Shown here one piece after another: positions 37,639 to 49,305 of a DNA stretch of 64,000 nucleotides (positions are counted from its first letter, which is position 1; each line of letters starts with the position of its first letter). The position numbers and the translations under genes are program-made. Where the stretch lies: contig NC_135764.1 of NCBI RefSeq assembly GCF_052425735.1, forward strand, positions 30,070,001-30,134,000, written 5' to 3'. The notes under the pieces were generated by a model. It did no database searches and was not told where the DNA came from. It saw only the letters and a list, made by a program, of their open reading frames with translations. The DNA is from Oculina patagonica (taxonomy: Eukaryota).

Positions 37639-38439
37639 CAAAGAGGAGTGCAATGATCTTTTCGAAGAAACGCTGCAAAAATCAAAGAAGTACCAGTCGA
37701 AAACGAGAAATTACTGTAGAAATGCAAGCTCGCGAAGAGAATGCTCGGTGAAGTACTGTAAGAGCTGAATCGCCTGAAAGAAATGAGCCAAAACACGACA
37801 GAAGGGAATCGATGACTCGCAGAAACAATAACCGGTATGCAATGCATACTAAGGCGGTGACGTTCCAGTATAGCGAGTCAGTATGTTTGAAGCCCAGACA
37901 GAGGACTGAGAATGGACATTTTGGGCTTCGTTTGTTTGTTGTTCAATTTCAGACTGTAATGTTACCCTTGAGAATTACTTCTTTCAAAATCAATTAAAAG
38001 AAATTCACAATAATTATTCAGATAGATAAAAGAAAACTCTCTAGGGGAGCATCATGTGATTTGTAATGGGCAATCTATATACAAAGCTAGTAAGGTCTAC
38101 TGTTGTGAGTGAAAATGTGATTAAAGTTGATAGTTTAGAAACTGATTCATTTGCTATAAAAGGGGAAAAGGGGTTTGTCGAGTAAATAGAATTTTGCAAT
38201 AAGTTGCTTTCGGGTGGTGTTCTTTGTTAAGTTGTGCATTCCAAGGTAAGGATGTTAGTTTCTAACCAAAGTTAATAAAAAAGGCAAATACTGAGCTGCT
38301 TTGATCACAAAATTGGAATTTTAATTTGTACAATTGTAACTGAATGTCTTTTATTACAGTGGAATGCAACATAGTATGCAACTGTACTAGAAAGCCAGGA
38401 AGCAACCACAACTTGGCAGAAAAATACTGTTTTGAAATA

Positions 38440-38755
38440 ATGTATCTTGATTAACTGTTGTTTAAATGCAGCTGATAGTTGTGATGCAGGATAAGTCCAA
38501 TAAGTCCAAAATCTTGTTATATAATTTTAGAGGTAATACACACAATACAAGTGAAGTCCAGGAAGCAAGGTTGATACAGTATCTTGATTTACTCTTGTTT
38601 TAATGCGGCTGATAGCTGTCTACACTGACTGTACAATCAGTGGAGCAAGATACAAATGTATGTCCAATAAGTCCAAAGTATTGTTATCACTCCGACATTT
38701 GGAGGTAATACACACATACAGTACAAGTGGAGTCCAGGAAGTAAAGTTGATACAC
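38440..38755. repeat. Diverged direct duplication (two copies of ~150 bp)
   Basis: GTATCTTGATT...GTCCAATAAGTCCAAA...GAGGTAATACACACA...AGTCCAGGAAG occurs twice. Confidence 0.6.
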
Positions 38756-40120
38756 CAGTGAGCCAGTGAAGACCTCCGATTGAAGGGTCTTTTCATTGGT
38801 TAATCCCAAGATGTTTAACACAGTTTCTTTTTAACTCCGTTGTTACTGCTACATGGTTTTAACTGTGTTGTTTGAATATAGCTGTCGCTCATAGTGAGGA
38901 TTGGGCCTTTTATAACTGTATACAGACCAATAAGTTCTAGCCAGTTCCAATGCAATGGGCACTTTACATAGTGTCTCTTGACAAAATGTAGATTGAAAAT
39001 GTTGGAGTAATCAGCACATAACATGGCAGTCAGTGGATTCTCTGAAAACGGTATCTTGTGCATTTTCTTGTTGTTTTGCATTTTTGTTCTGTAAACATAA
39101 TAAAAGAAAAAATCAATAGTTAAAAATATTAATAATGTTTTTAACAATAACTAATAGAGATGTACATGTAAATATTATGAGGTAACATATTAACATATAT
39201 CACGACTACATGTACATGTTGATGCAGGGATGTCGCTAATGGACGGCTGCCCGCTAATTTCACTGGTTGAAAGAGGATTTACGGTAAATCCAGCTGAAAT
39301 TTCACATGAAAATGAAGATTTAGATAAACTTTTAAAGCTACTAAGGCCATAAATACCAGCTGGGTTGTTGATGATGAGCTGGCTTAATGTTCTCTTAGCA
39401 ACATCCCTGTAGATGTCAAATTAATAATTATCAACATACATGTGTAATTACATGGACAAGAACAAGAAACAACTACATTGTGTACTGTATGTATGCTTAC
39501 CTTAAATGTACAGTTGCAATATGGTGGGTTTGTGACCCAAAGGGTGACAAGGATGCGTTTGTCAGTGACCCAAAGGGTCACAAGGGATTCAAAAGAACCC
39601 CACAGATTTATGTGCTTAGACACCAAGACTGATTAACTACAACACTTTAATGTAACACAAGTAGATACTGAATTCACTTAAATCTTCTTTCTTTCTGAAA
39701 CACATACCAAGGTACTTAACATGTAAATTATGCTTCTTTTTAACCCTTTAAGACCCAACAGTTACCACAACAAATTTCATCTCACAATGTCAATACTAAA
39801 TCAAGAGAAGAGGTTAGGAGAATTATACTGTAATAAAACACTGGAAAAGTTGAAAATTTACATAGTATGTAAATAACATGTAAATAACATGTAAAGACAC
39901 TGTAAAGGATGATTTACATAGTTTTTACCCTTTTACATGTTCTTCTCAAAACATGTCAAAAACATGTAAATATTTGAAGTAAAACATGTAAAAACACAGA
40001 ACATCATGTAAATTTCCCGAACGAAAGACCACGGACCATGTAAATAACATGTCAATTTATCCGATCAACCCTGTAAAAAGCATGTAAAAACATTTATACC
40101 TGATGCTTATAAATAGACTG

Positions 40121-40745
40121 AACATGTAAAAAACATGGAAATTGACAAAGGGGGCCTGTTTGGAAACATGTAAATTGACAAAGGGGGCCTGTTTGGAAAC
40201 ATGTAAATGGACAAAGGGGGCCTGATTGAAACATGTAAATACCCTGGAAATCTACAAAGGGGGCCTGTTTGGAAACATGTAAATACCCTGGAAATCGACA
40301 AAGGGGGCCTGTTTGGAAACATGTAAATTGACAAAGGGGGCCTGATTGAAACATGTAAATACCCTGGAAATCGACAAAGGGGGCCTGTTTGGAAACATGT
40401 AAATACCCTGGAAATCGACAAAGGGGGCCTGTTTGGAAACATGTAAATTGACAAAGGGGGCCTGATTGAAACATGTAAATACCCTGGAAATCGACAAAGG
40501 GGGCCTGTTTGGAAACATGTAAAAACCATGGAAATTGACAAAGGGGGCCTGTTTGTAAACATGTAAATTGACAGAGGGGGCCTGATTGAAACATATAAAT
40601 ACCCTGGAAATCGACAAAGGGGGCCTGTTTGGAAACATGTAAATTGACAAAGGGGGCCTGATTGAAACATGTAAATACCCTGGAAATCGACAAAGGGGGC
40701 CTGTTTGAAAAATGTAAAAAACATGGACATTGACAAAGGGGACCT
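40121..40745 (+). repeat. Subterminal minisatellite (32-33 and 44-bp units, 120-bp higher-order period)
   Basis: GACAAAGGGGGCCTGTTTGGAAACATGTAAA repeats. Confidence 0.92.
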
Positions 40746-41719
40746 GCTTAGCCCCTGTAATTAAAATGAAGAACAGAATGCCTGGCACGGTTTTCTTTTA
40801 TTCGTCTAGAACCTTTTCTTGATACTATCCTAACTACATTCATTTTCAGTACGTCAGTGCATATATTTTTCCAGTTAATAATAATACATACAAATGATTT
40901 TATACCCCATAAGTAATAAAGTTTTTCTGCATGTATCTTGTATATATAGCTTGGAATATTCTTTATAAATATAATAAAAACTAGCATTTCATTCAGAATA
41001 AAATGATTTAGATCGTATAGTTTTGCATAGTTTTTTCAGTTCAAATAAAGCAGTTTTACTAGGTCAAAAATTGCTGATACCAATAATTTCAACTTCACGT
41101 AATCATTATGGAAAACAATAAAGATTAAGATAAATTTATGCATGGTTAATTGATAGAACTGTCTAATAACATATCAGTGACTTCATTTCCAAATAGTAAT
41201 AATACTACTCCTCTATTGCAAAGGCCCACTTTGATCCTGCATGTTGCACTGGTGTTTGCTTTTCTCTTAAAAAGCCAATCTCTTTTGCTTCCGATTTATC
41301 CTATGTTCCTCTACTGAAGTGTCTTCATGCACTCATTATGAGGTGAATTATGCAATAGCTTAGCATATGACAAAGACATGTATTGTAGGATAAAAATGAG
41401 CCTTTTAAAGTTATACTATGGGTAAGATATTGATCACTTTTATTAATAGGCGTAAATGGTCTTTTTGAATAACCGCATAAAATATACTTTACAGTAACTG
41501 AAGGGTTGGAAATGAAACCATGGTATTTCAGGATTAAATTTTTGTTGAATGTTTTTCTTTTGCTTCAATTCATTTAATGTTTGGCACATGATTTTGCATT
41601 CAGCCCTTCAGTTACTACCACAACCCTTCCATATCATAAAACTATGAAATCAAACGAATAATAAACATTGCAGAACCTTTTGCACAATGATTTTGAACAC
41701 TGAACAGCCAAGTTCACAC

Positions 41720-42031
41720 TAGCCTGCGAGTAGGCTCACCTAAGAGCACGCACAAGAATGACATTTACGTGGCAAAGCCGCGAGTGAACCTGCATCAACC
41801 TCTGCTAATTTTTCACTCCCACCTCGAAAACCGCAGGAATACTGACAAGCCAATTTAATTTCAAAGAAAGTAGAAGTTTGACAGGAATGTTGACAAGATA
41901 TAACATTCATTGAGATATGAAATTTACTGGTGCCTCTTCACCAGTCTCCTCCCCACCATATTGCTGTGCCCGCCAGTCGTGAGTGCCCCAAAGTATATTT
42001 TGTGCCCCAAGGTGAGCCTTCCCGCAGGGTA
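41720..42031. mobile_element. Academ(H)-like MITE
   Basis: TAGCCTGCGAGTAGGCTCACCT / AGGTGAGCCTTCCCGCAGGGTA; 9-bp TSD AGTTCACAC/AGTTCAAAC (1 mismatch). Confidence 0.65.
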
Positions 42032-42228
42032 AGTTCAAACACCATTCATTGCTAAGCTATGTTAAAATTGTCCCAAAAAATGCCTTGAATTTAAATTGTA
42101 CAAAAGCTGATTTTCATCTTTGCTCGGTCGCTCTCGTTGTACATTTACAAGACCTTATTTTTTACTTTTCCTACCTACAGAGTAAGCGCTTATTCGAGGT
42201 GGGCGCTTATTCGAGGTTGGGCGCTTAA

Positions 42229-43287
42229 GGTGGCTCGTACCAGTTTTTCTTGCGTGGGAAGTCTGGTGACTAGCGCGCGCGTCACGCTTCATACCCACGA
42301 GTCACGCGCGAGATTTGAAAAGGAAAACAAACATGGCGGCCCAGCGCGAGGTTGCTTTTCTTCAATTTAAGAAAAAATTCCGCGTTCAACTGAAGCTGTT
42401 TCAACAAGAACATTTTAAGTAAACGTAATGTTCGTCAGTCAAAATGTTTTCGGATCTTACTGCTTGAGTTACAAAAGCAAATTCGCATGTGCTATGATCG
42501 ATCTTGTCGGAGATCGTGAGTCAATTTTCGTTTTACCTTATTTGAGCTCGCTGTCAAACACATGATTATTCAGACAAAGAAATACTTAAAAGTAAGACCT
42601 AAGAGGCACAACTGGCGCCAACTGAAACTGGCTAAATCCCATGAAATCCTGAGCCGAATAGTTTCGCAGACAAAGCGAGGGGAAGTCCACGCGTGTTGCG
42701 CGCGTATATGCCCGCAAATATCAGCGGTAGTCAGAACTGAGCATGAGTAAATGCCAAACTTTTAAAATCGAAATTTTGAAGTGCACGGAAACGCGCGTGG
42801 GAATTATCGAATTCGCGAAGGCTTTAGCAAGAAAACTAACTCGATGACCCCTATTTTTTATTGCCCTAATATTTTCCTTTTTTGTAAAGGAAACTTCAGA
42901 AAAAATCTAAAAAAATTCTACGAAAGGAATTTTTAATTACTTACAAATTGCCCTTTTTTGCATTTGCAGAAAATCCGCTTCGTAGAAATTTTTTAAAATA
43001 ATTATACAGTTTCTTTTTCAGATGCCAAAAGTTATCACGAGAAAAAAAATGGGGGTCATCGAGTTAGTTTTCAAGATATAAGCACCGGAAGCTGAAAAAG
43101 GGTCCTAAAAACCATTGGCTATCGTTGCCATGGTAACCACTGATGACGTAATTATCGATATTTTGGATCAACAACACAATGGGTAATTTAATCTTACAAA
43201 AATTTTGTTATGATCTTTAATTGATTTTTTGGCCATTTTCTTTCAAAGTTTGCACAGTCAAAAACCTGAAAACTGGTACGAGCCACC
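42229..43287. mobile_element. Kolobok-like non-autonomous element inserted in a mariner-type MITE end
   Basis: 19-bp TIR GGTGGCTCGTACCAGTTTT; TTAA TSD; removal restores GGGCGCTTAATCGAATAAA. Confidence 0.88.
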
Positions 43288-43416
43288 TTAATCGAATAAA
43301 CACTTAATTGTGAAAGTACAGAACTAAGACTGACACTGATGTAGAATAATTCTTCACCTTTAACAGTGGTTATTTGGCAAATGGTTTGGGTTCCAACCCT
43401 TCAACTACTATCATAG

Positions 43417-44593
43417 CAGGGGTTTTATTAGAAGCCGGGACCCGGGTACCGGCACCCGTCTACTCTAAGTACAGTACCCGCCTTCGCGAAAATGAGGTCT
43501 CAAGTAGACAAATACAAGATCTATCAAAAGTCAGACTAACCGAAACATCTTTTCACCATTCTCCTACATTGATAGCAGAGTCTAACCAGGAATTGCATCA
43601 CAGTCCTTTTTCATGTAAATTAATATTCTTGTGTCCGGATTACCGAGGGTTTCCTCAAGCAAAGTAATAAATTTCAAAGTTTGATCGCATCGCGTTCCTT
43701 CGCGAAACGCATCGCCTACGATATCAAAGTAGTAACCAGGACCTCTCTTGCAAGCTGTTGCATAACATTTGCACGTGACATTTCACACGACTGAAAAGCA
43801 CATGGTTTAAAATGGCCGCAACAAATAAAAGATCTGCTCAAGGCGTCCTTGACAATTTCTTCGTTGTTTCAAAGAAGTCAAAAGGTGAGTGATTAATACT
43901 TCACAAGTCTTTTTTTCAATATAATAAACTTGCACTGGCGTATATAAATAAAGTGTACGTTCATTTGCATGTCAAAACAGTCAGTGAACCGGAACGACCT
44001 TTGAATACAAACAATAATCGAAATCGCCGTTCTTGAAAACTTTCGTTCGCCACCGATTTCGCCGCTTTTTCTTACTTCCCGACTATCAATTCCCTGAGTC
44101 TGCAAATAGTTACGATATTGTTTTTCACAAAGTCACTTAAATTTAGTAAATTCTCTAAGGCTGTGAACAGTTCCAGTAGTGTTTAATAAAGTCACAATGC
44201 TTGTCAATTTTACTAAATTCTCTAAGCCAAAAGGCTGTGAACAGTTCCAGTAGTGTTTAATGAGGTCACAATGATTGTCAATTTAATAAATTCTCTAAGG
44301 TTGTGGACAGTTACAGTAATGAGTATTGTTTTTCATTAAGTCACTATGTGCTAGTGGGTAAAAGCTCCATAAATTTTTCACAATTTGTGTTTGCAAAATG
44401 AGGATGTAGAATGTTAAATTTCCACCTCAGAATGCTGGAAAATGCATTTCCGAGAGTCTAATTTTAAAAATTTTCTGGGGGGGCATGCCCCCAGACCCCC
44501 CTAGCGGCTCGGGCCTTCGGCCCTCGTGTAGGTGGGGTGCCCGCTTACTCTATCAAAAGAACCCTCCTACTTCAAAACTTAATGAAACCCCTG
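43417..44593 (+). mobile_element. hAT-like non-autonomous element, 6-bp TSD
   Basis: TIR CAGGGGTTT(T/C)ATTA; TCATAG duplicated; candidate first exon at 43812-43884; ~70-bp triple repeat at 44140-44345. Confidence 0.8.
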
Positions 44594-45606
44594 TCATAGC
44601 ACTACAATTGATAAAAAAGCTATGGCATCAAATAACCATAGTACATGTAGAACCTCTTGAATAATGATTTCGAACACTGACCAGCCTAGGTTCACTTTAC
44701 ACATTTATCACTGTAATTGTCAGGCTTTGTTAACATGGTCCTATTTGAAAACTGCCATGAATTCAAATAATTTGTACAAAAGTAGAACAAAAGTGATGGA
44801 ATAAATTTCCACCAGAAAACCACACAACATGTACATGTATGTACACCAACTGAACATTCAGCAAGATGCTTCATTGTGATGGTACAGACTTGATACTGAC
44901 CCCGAGGTGAAACGATTTTACACCTTAACCACCTCTGGTTATTGCCACCTTTTTAGTATTTGTATGTACAAGACTTCATCAGTGAAAGTGGTAGAGCCTT
45001 CTTTAACCTAACAACAAATTATAAAGAATCATTAGGAATGACATTCTGGTTAGATCAATGTTGTGGTTAAAAAAATTTCAAACCAATTTTTACTTTCCAC
45101 TGTCTCATTTCTTAATATTATCTGAAACAAAAGAAAATAAAAATCAAAACTGGTTTGAAAAATTAAAGCCAACAAAGAGTTGAAACCACAACATCACCAC
45201 TTCTGAACCTGCACATTAGGGACTTCAAGATAACTGGGAGGGCTGACCTTGAGAACAGCTGACTGAAAGTAATTTTTTACATGCAGACATTGCTCCATGT
45301 ACATTGCCATCCAGGTGTTATCAAGGACGCAAGAAGTAGAGTTTTGCAGTCCACTGGTTGCACTCAAATATAAACTTTACACAAGAATAAAAGACCTTAT
45401 GGTATCACAAAATTCAAACAAATATGCACATGTACAATTGAACATGTATTTGAGGCTTGTACTTACATGCCACTCTTGCTATCAACCCTTTCATCTGAAA
45501 ATAATAACACATCCAAACAATTCAATGTCATTAATTTTGCTGACTCAATTAAAAAGTCACTTCAGTACTCCTGACGTAACCAATTGAACATTCCATATTC
45601 CATATT

Positions 45607-47130
45607 CAAACCCCATCGAACACCAATGGTTGATTGGGTACGGTAATTGCACATAACCGTACTAAAATTAAAATTTGGTCCATCCAACAAAATGGAATGT
45701 TTGATTACGAACTCTTGCTTGTTTGTATATTATGCAGACATTTTGTATGGTGCACTACTGCCTATGTTTTGTTGTTGTTTTTTTATTTATTTATTATTTT
45801 GTTTTTACTACTGCCTATGTTGCGGTGAATGAAATGGTGCAAGTTCTGTTTAAGTAGAAAAAAATGTTCTGTTTGAGTCTTATGGTGACTACAAGGCAGA
45901 AACCATTTCCTTCCCACCACTATAAAAAAGTAAACAAAAGTGCATATATCAGTATTTAATTGTTGTTTCGTTCTCTTAAACAAAATATGTATAAACAAAC
46001 ATTGACACTCGGTTTAATTAGTCCTGCATGTTTTTACTTATCAATAGATGGATTCCGAACAAAGTCGAATCACATTGAGTTTGGTTGCGTTCGGTTGTGT
46101 ATGATTGGTTCCCCGGGGTATCCAATCCAACAAAATTGAACCAAAAATCAATCGAACCCAATCGAACACCAATCGTTCAATTGGGTTTGGTAATCGAACA
46201 AAATCAAACATCTATTTTGCTGTAAGTCCGATTTTCGAACCAATCGAACATAATCAAACACAGTCAAACTCAATCGGGTTTGATCTAGTTCTGAATCTTT
46301 CTCTTGATAAGTAAATCACGCAGGACTAATCAAAATCAACTTTTATTGAATGGAATAAATATAAAAACGTCCAAATATCGAACTGAATGTCAATGTTTAG
46401 TAAAATATATTTGGTAGAAGAGAACAGAAGGACGGTAAAATAACTGAAATGCACTATTGTTTACATTTCTATATTAGAAGGAAGGATATGGTTTCTGCCC
46501 TGCAGTTTTTACCATTACACTCAAACAGAAGTTGCACCATTTCATTCACTGCAACACAGGCAATCAGTGTGTTCAATATGTGAAGAATCATTATAGGGAG
46601 CCAAAACGCTGCCGCCATCAGTCTGTCTTAGCCCTCGAGGGCGGCCAAAAGCGACGTTGACAGGAGAAGAGCAATTTCCAGCATAACAATTACATTGGAG
46701 GAAGTGCTTACTATCAACATGGATGACAACAATAATAAGTGAACAAGTAAAATATTTTTTTTTCTTAAGACCAAAATCATCGTAATAAGCAAAAAACTTG
46801 CATGCAAAATTGACTTCAGTTTCGGACGAGTACGTTGTTCGACTGCCCCAGCTGTGGCTCTTGAAATCAATCGATATGTACGCAGTATAAATCAATATAT
46901 ACGCAGTATAAACAAACAGGAGTTCGGTAATCAAACTTTCGATTGAATTCGATTGACCAAATTTTATTGTGAGTTTGATTATGTACGATTACCGAACCCA
47001 ATCGAACAATTGGTGTTTGATTGAGTTCGATTACCGAACATTCGATTGGTTACCCTGGGAATAATCGAACTCACAGCAAAATAGACGTTCGATTTTTTTC
47101 GACTAACAAAACCAATCGAATGAGTTTGAT
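45607..47130. mobile_element. Tandem or nested CCC...GGG-ended MITEs with AATCGAAC subterminal repeats
   Basis: CCCGGGGTATCCAATC (46112) / GATTGGTTACCCTGGG (47059); inverted AATCGAAC/GTTCGATT clusters; partial copies on both sides. Confidence 0.6.
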
Positions 47131-48437
47131 ATGTCAGGAGTACTATATAGATAAGATTGATAAATACTGCTAAATACTTTGGGTGATAATTTTAAAGCTG
47201 TTTTAGTTTGCTTTATAATTTGCCAGTTGAAAGCCTCACTGAGTTTAAACGGTTGCAAATCGGCAAAATAATAATTACTATACATACAATAACATGAATA
47301 AATAAGCCTTGCACTCTTAAATTATATAAGCTTATATTTTAAATAAAGCATGTTGAACAGTCCTGTGTTGACATCTCTACATGCACACGCAATTATTCAA
47401 TTTATTCTAACAATAACTTCATGTTTAAGAAGTGCTGAATTATACGTATGAAGTGCAAGAACAAACACGAAATTCTACATTTTGAACTTCTATTAAAATA
47501 TTAAAACCAATCTCACCTAGAAGCTACATAGAGGAAATCAAACATGATTTGAACGGTCATATATAAGCTTACCTTGGAAAGAAACTTGGCTAAAACAGGC
47601 GTATTGATTGGAGATCCGGTGAAAGAAGGCTCCATGCAGCTAATTTGGAAGTAATAAGGTCTTAAAGAGAGGAAAATTGCCCTTTTTAGCGAGAGAAAAG
47701 GCCTCTCAATGATCGATCTTCGAACCGTTGAACCGAGCGCCAAAAAGTACCAGAGAGGACGCCGGGATTAATTTTCGTTCGCGCCAGTGCTTCTCGGCCT
47801 TACCTCTCGACCAGGTCAAACACGGCAAACGACCAATTTTACCGCCGTTCGCGTGCAAAATTTCCTTGTCTATAATATAAAGAAAACCAAAACGCATGCC
47901 TCGAAAAATATATAAGCCAAACTGTTGGACGCTAGCGTTTTCCCCCCACTGCTCCAGATTGTTTAAAATATTGTTAGACGAAGTCATAGTCGCCTTCGTT
48001 TTCTGCATCAAAAGGTTTTTATTTATAATCTGTTTACTTTTTGATATTAGTAAAAGATTTGTAACTAAGAGTTTTTGTAATGAGTTATGTTAAAACTGAT
48101 ATCAGTCGCTTAATTTCGTCTTGCGCTTCGTTCATCTAGATAATTAGTAAATAATAAAAACCCATTCAGGCGATTGCATATTGGAGGATAATGCCCTTGG
48201 CTGAAAAAATGAACAGTTGACTAAGCTTCAAAGGCAACTGTGAAATTTTGAGGATAATCTTTCAGGCAAGGAGTATTATCCTCCAGCAAGCCGGAAGGGG
48301 AAATATTTATTTTATACTTTCTTAAATCCCTCCGATTTCTTCTTCGTCGTTTAATTTCGTACCACGTGATGCGTTCTGTCTAACTAATGAATGCACGCGA
48401 AAGTTATTTGGTGGGTTACATCATGAATTAAAAGCTC

Positions 48438-48835
48438 ATGTTCACATGTTTTCAAACAGCCCCCTTTGTCAATTTCCAGGGTATTTACATGTTTCCAAAC
48501 AGGCCCCCTTTGTCAATTTCCATGTTTTTTACATGTTTCCAAACAGGCCCCCTTTGTCGATTTCCAGGGTATTTACATGTTTCCAAACAGGCCCCCTTTG
48601 TCAATTTCCATGTTTTTTACATGTTTCCAAACAGGCCCCCTTTGTTAATTTCCATGGTTTTTACATGTTTCCAAACAGGCCCCCTTTGTCAATTTCCATG
48701 GTTTTTACATGTTTCCAACCAGGCCCCCTTTGTCAATTTCCATGGTTTTTACATGTTTCCAAACAGGCCCCCTTTGTCAATTTCCATGGTTTTTACATGT
48801 TTCCGAACGGCGCCCCTTTGTCAATTTTCCATGTT
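48438..48835 (-). repeat. Inverted subterminal minisatellite (~44-bp units)
   Basis: TTTACATGTTTCCAAACAGGCCCCCTTTGTC, reverse complement of the 40121-40745 unit. Confidence 0.92.
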
Positions 48836-49305
48836 CTTTACATGATTTAGTAAAGAAATTTACCTGTTTTTTACAAAGAAAGAAACTGTAAAAGTGGTTA
48901 ATACATTTGACCTGTTTTTTACATGTTCTTACAATTAGCGTTGTAATAAAGGACCATGTAAATCACTTTTTACAATACATTTACATGATCCGTTGAAGAC
49001 TGTAAATTTCATGTAAATTTTGTTTTACAAAACTCCAACATGTAAATTTTAATTTACAAAGAATGTAAATAAGATTAACATTTTGTAAATCGTAATTTAC
49101 ATGTGCATGTAAATTTTCAACTTTTCCAGTGAAATGGTCACCAAAGGGAAATTGCTTTGAACTTTTAACAAATTCTCCAAACAATGCTATAAGAAAATGT
49201 ATGGAGATCAGTCAGGAGAATTTGTATTTGTATGATTGGGCTTAAAAGGTTAATCATTTACTGGTCATTATAGCCTACAAAAATGTACTGTACATACTGT
49301 GTCTA

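Larger units (their letters stand above)
39839..49131. mobile_element. 9.3-kb non-autonomous CACTA/EnSpm element
   Basis: Perfect 25-bp TIR CACTGGAAAAGTTGAAAATTTACAT; AA(A) flanks; inverted ACATGTAAA-rich subterminal arrays; no transposase ORF. Confidence 0.88.
39744..49249. mobile_element. piggyBac-like MITE (~210 bp) split by the CACTG element
   Basis: TTAA-CCCTTTAAGACCCAA at 39740 and TTGGGCTTAAAAGG-TTAA ending 49253; halves 39744-39838 and 49132-49249. Confidence 0.7.

Noticed and set aside
40094-40788. Repeat-protein ORFs here and at 48438-48891
   Set aside because: Open in all three frames over minisatellite DNA that forms inverted subterminal arrays
34449-43303. One mariner element spanning 34449 to 43303
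   Set aside because: The right-end fragment lies inside the TIR-bounded 39839-49131 element, so the two pieces are separate copies
36462-44593. Two hAT-like elements both 1177 bp long
   Set aside because: Different TIRs, TSD lengths and interiors; coincidence
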